NCBI GenBank assembly: GCA_900541055.1
Contig: UQHZ01000005.1
Span: forward strand, 50,504-114,503
Direction of reading: 5' to 3'
Source: an uncultured Collinsella sp.
Lineage (GTDB): Bacteria > Actinomycetota > Coriobacteriia > Coriobacteriales > Coriobacteriaceae
Length of the DNA stretch: 64,000 bases
This document shows, in pieces, positions 16,299 to 25,517 of this stretch. The first letter of the stretch is position 1, and each line of letters opens with the position of its first letter. A program made the position numbers and the translations under genes. The notes beneath the pieces were generated by a model that had not been told where the DNA came from, did no database searches, and saw only the letters and a program-made list of their open reading frames with translations.

Positions 16299-17663
16299 CT
16301 AGTTCTTGAGCGAGTTCAGCGGCGCTGGGAAGCGTCCGCCACGGTGGGCAAGCACGGTGCCGGCGTTGGGGTTCACCGGCATGATGGGCGCACGGCCAAA
16401 CAGGCCGCCGTACTCAACGCAGTCGCCCACGCCCTTGCCAATGGCGGGAATCACGCGGACGGCCGTGGTCTTGTTGTTGATGACACCGATAGCCATCTCG
16501 TCGGCGATGATGCCGGCGATGGTCTCGACCGGGGTGTCGCCGGGGATGGCGATCATGTCCAGGCCAACGGAGCACACGCAGGTCATGGCCTCGAGCTTCT
16601 CGAGTGAAAGCGCGCCGGCCTCGACGGCAGCGATCATGCCGGCGTCCTCGGACACGGGGATAAAGGCGCCCGAGAGACCGCCCACGCTGGAGCTGGCCAT
16701 GACGCCGCCCTTCTTGACGGCATCGTTGAGCATGGCGAGCGCACAGGTCGTGCCCGGGCCACCGCAGGTGCCCACGCCGATGATCTCGAGGATGCGCGCG
16801 ACGGAGTCGCCGATGGCGGGCGTGGGAGCCAGCGACAGGTCGACAATGCCCTTCTCGACACCCAGGCGATGGGCGGCCTCGCGGCTCATGAGCTCGCCAG
16901 CACGGGTGATCTTAAAGGCGGTCTGCTTAATCTTTTCGGCGACTTCCATCATCGATGCGGAATCGGGCAGCGTCTCCAGGGCTGCAGCCATAACGCCGGG
17001 GCCCGAGACACCTACGTTGATGACGGCGTCGGCCTCGCCACCGCCGTGAACGGCGCCCGCCATAAACGGGGAGTCCTCGACCATGTTGGCAAAGCAGACA
17101 AACTTGGAGGCGCCAACGGAATCCTCATCTGCCGTAAGCTTGGCGGCATCGATGATGGTCTGGGCGGCCATAAGCACGGCGTCCATGTTGATGCCGGCGC
17201 GCAGGCTGGCGACGTTGACGCTGGAGCAGACGCGGCTGGTGGTGGCGAGCGCCTGGGGGATGGAATGGATGACGCGGCGGTCGGCGTCGCCGATGCCCTT
17301 CTGGACGAGTGCGGAGAAGCCGCCCAGGTAATCGATGCCGAGCGTCTCGGCCGCGCGGTCGAGGGCATGCGCGATGGGGGTGAGGTCCTCATCCTTGCAG
17401 CACGCGGCGATCTGCGCCACCGGGGTGACGGAAACGCGCTTGTTGACGATGGGGATACCGTACTCGCGCTCGAGGTTCTCGGCGGTCTCGACCAGGTGCT
17501 CAGCCGTGTGCGTCACGTGGTCGTAGATCTTCGTGCACATGCGGTCGAGGTTCTCGTCACCGCAACCCATGAGCGAAACACCCATGGTGATGGTCCTGAT
17601 GTCGAGGTTCTGCTCCTCAACCATGCCGCGGGTTTCCGCGATTTCTGCGGGCGTGATCGCCAT
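16299..17663 (-). CDS. UPF0210 / DUF711 family protein (PFL-like fold)
   Basis: [16 protein letters not shown] near the N-terminus and the overall 454-aa length are typical of UPF0210. The start was set at the ATG at 17663. Confidence 0.8.
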   Translation of the reverse strand: MAITPAEIAETRGMVEEQNLDIRTITMGVSLMGCGDENLDRMCTKIYDHVTHTAEHLVETAENLEREYGIPIVNKRVSVTPVAQIAACCKDEDLTPIAHALDRAAETLGIDYLGGFSALVQKGIGDADRRVIHSIPQALATTSRVCSSVNVASLRAGINMDAVLMAAQTIIDAAKLTADEDSVGASKFVCFANMVEDSPFMAGAVHGGGEADAVINVGVSGPGVMAAALETLPDSASMMEVAEKIKQTAFKITRAGELMSREAAHRLGVEKGIVDLSLAPTPAIGDSVARILEIIGVGTCGGPGTTCALAMLNDAVKKGGVMASSSVGGLSGAFIPVSEDAGMIAAVEAGALSLEKLEAMTCVCSVGLDMIAIPGDTPVETIAGIIADEMAIGVINNKTTAVRVIPAIGKGVGDCVEYGGLFGRAPIMPVNPNAGTVLAHRGGRFPAPLNSLKN

Positions 17664-17771
17664 CCTTGCACTCCTATCTGCCAAAACGAGCATAGTCTTA
17701 TCTATTCTAACGTGCCGCACGTGCCAAGTGGCGCATGCGGCACGTTTTGATGCTCGGTTGTTTCCGTTGTG

Positions 17772-20321
17772 TTACTGCCCAAAGACCTCTTCGGCAATAC
17801 GAGCGCTTTCGGCGGCGTCTTTGGCGTAGTAGTCCGCGCCGATCTGCTTGGCGTATTCGGGGGTGAGCACGGCGCCGCCTACGATGATCTTGACGCCCGG
17901 CACCTCGGCATGAAGCAGCTTGATGGTCTCTTCCATGGCGACGACTGTGGTAGTCATAAGCGCTGAGAGGCCGACGAGTTTGATGTCGCGCTCCTTGACG
18001 GTCTTGAGCACCTCTTGCGGGTCGACGTCGCGGCCTAGGTCAAAGACGGTGTAGCCGTAGTTATCGAGCAGCATCTTGACGATGTTCTTACCGATGTCGT
18101 GGATGTCGCCCTTGACGGTGGCCACGCAGATCTTGCCCTTGTCGGCAATCTCGCCGGCGGGCATCAGGCGCTTGATGGTGTCGAAGCCCACGCGTGCGGC
18201 CTCGGCCGAGGCCATAAGCTGCGGCAAGAAGAACTTGCCCTGGTCAAAGAGGACGCCCACCTCGTCGAGGGCGGGGATAAAGTGGTTGTTGATGAGGTCC
18301 ATGGCGTCGTGGTCTGCCAGCAGACGCTCGGTCTCGGCAGCGATCTCGCCTTTGCGGCCCGAGACGACCATGCGACGAATCGGGTCGTCGTTGCCGTCGG
18401 TGCCGGCGGCGGGCACGGTGTCGGTCGATGCGGCCTGAGCCGCTGCCGGGTTGGCGGCGATCTTGTACGGATCGGTCCAGCCGGCATAGCGCTCGATGTA
18501 TCCGGTCGAGCCCTCGTCCTCAACGCTCAGGACGCGATAGCTGTAGACGGTATCCATAAAGCGCTTGGAGCCCGGGTTCATGATGGGGGCGTCCAGGCCC
18601 GCGCCAAAAGCGGCAGCCAAAAAGACCGAGCCCAGCAGCGGGCGGGCAGGCAGGCCAAAGCTGATGTTCGACACGCCGAGCGCGCATTTGACGCCCAGAC
18701 GCTCCTTGCACAGGGACATGGCGCGCAGGATCTGCTCGGCTTGGCGTTGATTGGTCGAGGCGGTCATGACTAGACAGTCGATGAGGATGCGGTCCGGGCC
18801 GATGCCGTAGCGGGCGGCCTCGGCCACGATGCGCTCGGCGATGGCGAAGCGGGCCTCGGCGGTATCCGGGATGCCGCCTTCGTCGAGCGTGAGGCCGACG
18901 ACGTTGGTGCCGTAGTGGGCGACCAGCGGGAAAATCTCGTCCATGATCTGCTGTTTGCCATTGACCGAGTTGATGATGGGCTTGCCGGCGTAGCGACGTA
19001 CGGCGGCCTCGACGGCGGCGGGGTCGGTGGAGTCGATCTGCAGCGGCAGCAGCGTGGAGCCTTGGAGCTGTTCGGTCGCCTGTTGGATGATCTTGACCTC
19101 GTCAATCTCGGGCAGGCCCACGTTGACGTCCAGGATGTCGGCGCCCTGCTCCTGCTGGCTGATGCCCTGGCTCACGACGTAGTCCAGGTCGCCGTCGCGC
19201 AGGGCCTGCTGCAGGCGCTTTTTGCCGGTGGGGTTGATGCGCTCGCCGATGACGGCGATCTTGTGGCCGTCGCAGGGAAGGTCCACGACCGTTTGGGCGC
19301 TCGTGACCGACATGCTGGGCTTGCGGCGGCGCGGGCTGGGCGTGTGGTTGTCGATAAGCGTGCGCAGGGCCGCCATGTGCGCCGGCGTGGTGCCGCAGCA
19401 GCCGCCCACGACGCTCACGCCGTCGGCGATCATGCCGGCGACGGCCTCGGCGTATTCGGGGGCCTGGATATCAAAGACGGTGTTGCCGTCGTCGTCCACA
19501 TGGGGGAGTCCTGCATTGGCCTGCACCATAACGGGCTTGTCGGTAACGGTGAGCATACGTGCGGCGAGTCCTCGGAGCTCGGCCGGTCCCTGGCTGCAGT
19601 TGATGCCCAAAACGTCGGCGCCGATAGCGTCGAGCGTGATGGCGGCCACCTCGGGACTCGTTCCCAGGAAGGTGCGACCGTCTTCCTCGAAGGTCATGGT
19701 GGCAAAGACGGGCAGGTCGGAGTTCTCGCGGCAGGCGAGGACGGCGGCCTTGATCTCGGCCAGGTCGGTCATAGTCTCGATAATAAAGAGGTCCACACCC
19801 GCGGCGACGCCTGCGCGCACTTCCTCGGCAAAGAGGTCGTAGGCCTCGTCGAAGCTGAGGGTGCCTAAGGGACGAAGCAGTGCGCCGATGGGGCCGATGT
19901 CGCCGGCGACGTAGCGGGCGCCGGCCGCGCGGGCACAGGCGACGGCCGCGGCAAAGACGTCTGCCACGGTGGCGGCACCGTCGAGCTTGTGGGCATTGGC
20001 GCCAAAGGTGTTGGCGGTAATCACGTCGCAGCCGGCCTCGACATATTGACGTTGGATATCGGTGATAACCTGGGGTTCCTCAAAGTTGAGCAGCTCGGGC
20101 AGGGCGCCCGCCTTCATGCCAGCGGCCTGCAACATGGTGCCCATGCCGCCGTCGAACAGCAGGTGCCCCGTGCCCTCGATGGCGGCGCGCAGGCGATCGT
20201 CCTTAATGCGCAGATCGTCGATCGTGCGCGTCTTGTACGTGGCACCGTTGCGACGTGCGGCATCAACGGGTGCCGCCAATGCAGTGCCGTCAGAATTATG
20301 AGTGATAAGCGGAGTAAACAT
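17772..20321 (-). CDS. metH: cobalamin-dependent methionine synthase, short form lacking the AdoMet activation domain
   Basis: Homocysteine S-methyltransferase module (LFDGGMGTMLQ, GGCCGTTP), pterin-binding module, and B12 cap and binding domain (VKGDIHDIGKNIV). Confidence 0.9.
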   Translation of the reverse strand: MFTPLITHNSDGTALAAPVDAARRNGATYKTRTIDDLRIKDDRLRAAIEGTGHLLFDGGMGTMLQAAGMKAGALPELLNFEEPQVITDIQRQYVEAGCDVITANTFGANAHKLDGAATVADVFAAAVACARAAGARYVAGDIGPIGALLRPLGTLSFDEAYDLFAEEVRAGVAAGVDLFIIETMTDLAEIKAAVLACRENSDLPVFATMTFEEDGRTFLGTSPEVAAITLDAIGADVLGINCSQGPAELRGLAARMLTVTDKPVMVQANAGLPHVDDDGNTVFDIQAPEYAEAVAGMIADGVSVVGGCCGTTPAHMAALRTLIDNHTPSPRRRKPSMSVTSAQTVVDLPCDGHKIAVIGERINPTGKKRLQQALRDGDLDYVVSQGISQQEQGADILDVNVGLPEIDEVKIIQQATEQLQGSTLLPLQIDSTDPAAVEAAVRRYAGKPIINSVNGKQQIMDEIFPLVAHYGTNVVGLTLDEGGIPDTAEARFAIAERIVAEAARYGIGPDRILIDCLVMTASTNQRQAEQILRAMSLCKERLGVKCALGVSNISFGLPARPLLGSVFLAAAFGAGLDAPIMNPGSKRFMDTVYSYRVLSVEDEGSTGYIERYAGWTDPYKIAANPAAAQAASTDTVPAAGTDGNDDPIRRMVVSGRKGEIAAETERLLADHDAMDLINNHFIPALDEVGVLFDQGKFFLPQLMASAEAARVGFDTIKRLMPAGEIADKGKICVATVKGDIHDIGKNIVKMLLDNYGYTVFDLGRDVDPQEVLKTVKERDIKLVGLSALMTTTVVAMEETIKLLHAEVPGVKIIVGGAVLTPEYAKQIGADYYAKDAAESARIAEEVFGQ

Positions 20322-20330
20322 CGGGGGCTC

Positions 20331-21119
20331 CTAATGGCTGGAATAGCAGGTGGTGTGGGCGGCACGGAAGCGGCAGTTCTCGCGCATGCGGCAGATATTG
20401 CAGGTGGGGCGGCTCTGGGCGTCGTGGACTTCGCCATCGAACAGGCCGATCACCGCGGTCACGCTTTTGGTGGGCATGAGCAGGCTGGTAGGTGTGACGG
20501 TAAGCCCGATGAGCCGTGTGGCGTTGAGTGCAGCTACGATTGAGCGCTGGGCCGAGAGCGGGCAGTCGCCGTAGCCGGGACTAAAGCGCCAGTTGCCGGC
20601 GAGCCCATGAACGGCGGCGTCCGTCTTGACCCGCTGGTCCATTTGCTCAACGGCGGCTTCCACGTAAGCGGAGCACGCGGCGTCGAGCACGGCGCCCTCC
20701 AGGGGATGTTGGGCTCCCGTGGTGCGCAGGCGACGCTCGGCGTCCATGCCGAGGGTGCATGCCATGAGCGCGGCAAAGCGGGCATCTTTGAGATGTCGAT
20801 AGATATCGCGACCTCGCAGCTCAACGTTGGTGCCAACCAGACGGATGCTGGGCTCGCCCTGCTCGTCAACGCCCGTGGCATCGACGGCAAACACGCGTCG
20901 CACGCCACGGGGTTCAATGTCCAATTCCAGACGCTCGACCACAAGCTCAATACGTCGTGATAGTTCGGGCTCAATCTGCTGGCCGCCGTAACCCAGATAC
21001 CGCAGCATCTCGGCACGGTCGACACGGGGACGGTGCGCGGCATCGATACGGTAGAGCGCCGGCGACGCAAGGTCGGCCGGCACTTCGACAGCGGTTGTAT
21101 CGATGTGCGGTTTTTCCAT
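20331..21119 (-). CDS. methionine synthase activation-domain protein (separate polypeptide)
   Basis: RFSPGYGDCPL motif of the MetH reactivation domain. Its start overlaps the metF stop (TAATG). Confidence 0.75.
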   Translation of the reverse strand: MEKPHIDTTAVEVPADLASPALYRIDAAHRPRVDRAEMLRYLGYGGQQIEPELSRRIELVVERLELDIEPRGVRRVFAVDATGVDEQGEPSIRLVGTNVELRGRDIYRHLKDARFAALMACTLGMDAERRLRTTGAQHPLEGAVLDAACSAYVEAAVEQMDQRVKTDAAVHGLAGNWRFSPGYGDCPLSAQRSIVAALNATRLIGLTVTPTSLLMPTKSVTAVIGLFDGEVHDAQSRPTCNICRMRENCRFRAAHTTCYSSH

Positions 21120-21991
21120 TACCCCAGGCGCTCCATAATGGTCGCGGCGATCGCAGGACGGTTCATAGTGTACAGGTGCAGGCCGTCGGCGCCGTGCTCC
21201 TTGAGGTCGCAAAGCTGGCGGGCTGCATAATCTACACCAGCTGCCTGCAGGCTCTCGGGGTCATTCTCGTACTTGGCGAGAATCTTGATGACGGGGGAGG
21301 GCAGCGACGCGCCGCACATAAAGACCATGCGGCTGATCTGTGACTTGCCCATAAACGGCATGATGCCCGCGGTAATGGGCACGGTGATGCCGGCCTTGTC
21401 GGCAAGCTCGCGAAAACGGTAGAAGCACTCGTTATCAAAGAAGAGCTGCGTCACAAAGAAGCTCGCGCCAGCGTCCTGTTTTTGCTTGAGGTGTTCGACC
21501 GAGAGGTTGAGATCCTCACAGGCAATGTGGCCCTCGGGGTAGGCTGCGGCGCCCACGCAAAAGCCGGCGTCGACGAGCTCGGGGATGAGGTCGCGGGCGT
21601 AGGCGTAGTCCGAGGCGGGCTTGTCGTCCTCGGTCGCGCCAGCGGGAAGATCGCCACGCAGGGCCAGGATGTTTTCTACGCCGGCGGTGCGATACTCGTC
21701 GATCTTGGCGGCGATATCGGCGTGCGAGCGGCCCACGCAGGTAAGGTGTGCCACCGAGGGCGTGTCGAATTCGCTCGTAATCATATGCGCGATGGGGGCG
21801 GTGGCGGCACCGTTGCCCGAGCCGCCGGCCGAGCAGGTGACCGAGACAAAGCTCGGCGAAAGCTTGCACAGATTGCCTGCCACTTCGCGAGCCGTGTCGA
21901 GGGTCAGCTCGCCCTTGGGCGGGAACATCTCAAACGAAATGGGCGCGGTGCCCTGGGATGCTGCCTGCTTAAAAACCTCGTCGACGCGCAT
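21119..21991 (-). CDS. metF: 5,10-methylenetetrahydrofolate reductase
   Basis: ISFEMFPPKG...FVSVTCSAGGSG...ALRGD motifs. RBS GAGGAG upstream of the ATG at 21991. Confidence 0.9.
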   Translation of the reverse strand: MRVDEVFKQAASQGTAPISFEMFPPKGELTLDTAREVAGNLCKLSPSFVSVTCSAGGSGNGAATAPIAHMITSEFDTPSVAHLTCVGRSHADIAAKIDEYRTAGVENILALRGDLPAGATEDDKPASDYAYARDLIPELVDAGFCVGAAAYPEGHIACEDLNLSVEHLKQKQDAGASFFVTQLFFDNECFYRFRELADKAGITVPITAGIMPFMGKSQISRMVFMCGASLPSPVIKILAKYENDPESLQAAGVDYAARQLCDLKEHGADGLHLYTMNRPAIAATIMERLG

Positions 21992-22417
21992 ATCGTGCTC
22001 CTCTAGATACGTAATAGTGTGATGTGTTGTAAGGATTCTACAGCACCACTGTGCCACGGTGGAGTTTCACTCGCTATTTGAGGATACCAATCAAAGATGC
22101 CTTGCTATCGGCTTTCTCTATAACAGAGCGGCTAATCTAGGCACGGACTATAAAGACTGGTATCTGATGCAAAATACCAGTTAATAGAGCTCCATCCCAA
22201 ATTGACTACCCTTAAACCATGGGGAGAGGTCTGCAATTTATACAGTTGATTGGCTGTTGAGGGTGGCAACGCCGCCTCGATAGGGTAACCTCATTGATTG
22301 GTTTCGCGACAGCAACATAACGGTAATGTCGCGGAAACACGGCGAGTCTAAGCTATGACTCGTTCGTTAGTAATCAACACCGCTTCTCACGCGGTGCCGA
22401 TACGAAGGGAGTTCCGT

Positions 22418-24505
<2,088 letters not shown>

Positions 24506-24536
24506 GGCGTAACTGACATATCGTCACGGTATTGAG

Positions 24537-24572
24537 CCGGGGTCCGCATCATGTGGGCCCCGGTTTTTGTTT
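24537..24572 (+). terminator. rho-independent terminator after glnA
   Basis: CCGGGGTCC...GGGCCCCGG hairpin followed by TTTTTGTTT. Confidence 0.75.
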
Positions 24573-24630
24573 GCGAAGGACGCTTTGAAGCCCGTTTTGC
24601 ACCTGATTCGCCCACGCAATAAGGGGGCGT

Positions 24631-24846
24631 GGACAAAAAACGTCAAATATGAGTACTGTCACAAGTCCTGTAGCATTATTTATTTGCAAAATATGAAGTG
24701 TTACGCAACATATGTCCAAGTACTTAGCCGATAAACGTCTGCAATTTTTCCGCCGTAGGACGCCTGACGGCTAAATCGCCTTCTGAAGGCATGAAATCGC
24801 TGTAACTAAAATGGTAACAGTACTCATATTTGCCATTTTTTGCCCG
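24631..24846. repeat. MITE-like element of about 216 bp with roughly 33-bp terminal inverted repeats
   Basis: GGACAAAAAACGTCAAATATGAGTACTGTCAC (left) and GGTAACAGTACTCATATTTGCCATTTTTTGCCC (right) are inverted copies around an AT-rich, non-coding interior. Confidence 0.55.
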
Positions 24847-24871
24847 CTGGCTTTGCGATGATGCCGGGGTC

Positions 24872-24970
24872 CGCACCCTGTCGGGTTCGAATCCCGGCAT
24901 ATCGGTAGCAAAGAGCCCGTCACCGCGGGGGTAACGGGCTTCTAGTTTCAAATGGTGCCCCCAGCGGGAT
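24872..24970. repeat. 99-bp direct repeat, copy 1, ending in a duplicated 3' end of tRNA-Glu
   Basis: Near-identical to 25061-25159, with a few substitutions inside the hairpin. It ends with TGGTGCCCCCAGCGGGAT, the last 18 nt (with CCA) of the minus-strand tRNA-Glu. Confidence 0.8.
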
Positions 24971-25060
24971 GTCCGCGTGCGGCTGGCGCCGCCCGCTTCC
25001 GCTGCGTCGCTCCGCTCCTTGCGTGCTGCGCTGGAAAACGCTTGCGCGTTTCCTCAGCTT

Positions 25061-25159
25061 CGCACCCTGTCGGGTTCGAATCCCGGCATATCGGTAGCAA
25101 AGAGCCCGCTACCGCGAGGGTAACGGGCTCTTCAATTCAAATGGTGCCCCCAGCGGGAT
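25061..25159. repeat. 99-bp direct repeat, copy 2, continuous with the intact tRNA-Glu
   Basis: See copy 1. It contains the hairpin AAGAGCCCG..CGGGCTCTT (the tRNA terminator) and runs into the tRNA-Glu 3' end. Confidence 0.8.
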
Positions 25160-25218
25160 TCGAACCCGCGATATCCACCTTGAAAGGGTGGCGTCCTTGG
25201 CCGCTAGACGATGGGGAC
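25142..25218 (-). tRNA. tRNA-Glu(UUC): tRNA-Glu (anticodon UUC), CCA encoded
   Basis: Reverse complement: GTCCCCATCGTCTAGCGGCCAAGGACGCCACCCTTTCAAGGTGGATATCGCGGGTTCGAATCCCGCTGGGGGCACCA. It has a 7-bp acceptor stem, anticodon stem CCACC/GGTGG with loop CTTTCAA, and T-loop GGTTCGAATCC. Confidence 0.9.
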
Positions 25219-25324
25219 AGCGGGAAAGAGTATAGCAGACTTTTTTGCCGGCGCGTATATCGTTGGCAAACTGGAAAACCACCACATAGGAGCTGGCTCT
25301 CTATCCCGATCTTCAAACATCTCA

Positions 25325-25458
25325 ATCTGTAACATCTGGGCGGGCAAATTGGCTCTATCTGTTACAGATCGAGACAAAAGGCAGACGTCGGGACGAACAT
25401 CTCATTCTGTAACAGTAAGACGACTTTTAACGGTCTAGATGTTACAGATTGAGACAAA
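25325..25458. repeat. two roughly 80-bp units, each an inverted pair of TCTGTAACA / TGTTACAGA sites
   Basis: ATCTGTAACAT (25325) pairs with TGTTACAGATCGAGACAAA (25360), and TTCTGTAACAG (25406) pairs with TGTTACAGATTGAGACAAA (25440). The 19-mers differ at one position. Confidence 0.65.
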
Positions 25459-25470
25459 CCGCTGGGATGG

Positions 25471-25511
25471 GTCAAAACCACCACAAAGGCGCCTGTCCCC
25501 TTTGTGGTGGT
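25471..25511 (-). terminator. rho-independent terminator after murT-gatD
   Basis: On the minus strand, ACCACCACAAAGG..CCTTTGTGGTGGT is followed by TTTTGAC. Confidence 0.7.
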
Positions 25512-25517
25512 GAGGTG

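Noticed and set aside
17711-17746. Recurrent GTGCCGCA(C) motif. It occurs at 17712, inverted at 17735, at 29938, 30023, 30137 and 45763, and within the 15894/16001 inverted repeat. It could be a dispersed regulatory or uptake-type signal.
   Set aside because: The same heptamer also occurs inside coding sequence, for example at about 19391 in metH. I could not scan exhaustively, and in GC-rich DNA the enrichment may not be significant. It needs a genome-wide count before any claim is made.
24876-24905. T-arm-like sequence TCGGGTTCGAATCCCGG on the plus strand, repeated at 25065-25094, which suggests a second tRNA or tmRNA 3' end.
   Set aside because: No matching 5' acceptor strand, D-arm or anticodon arm can be folded upstream in either copy, and there is no CCA or GGGG start for tmRNA. 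It is regarded as a tRNA-derived fragment inside the direct repeat, not a gene.
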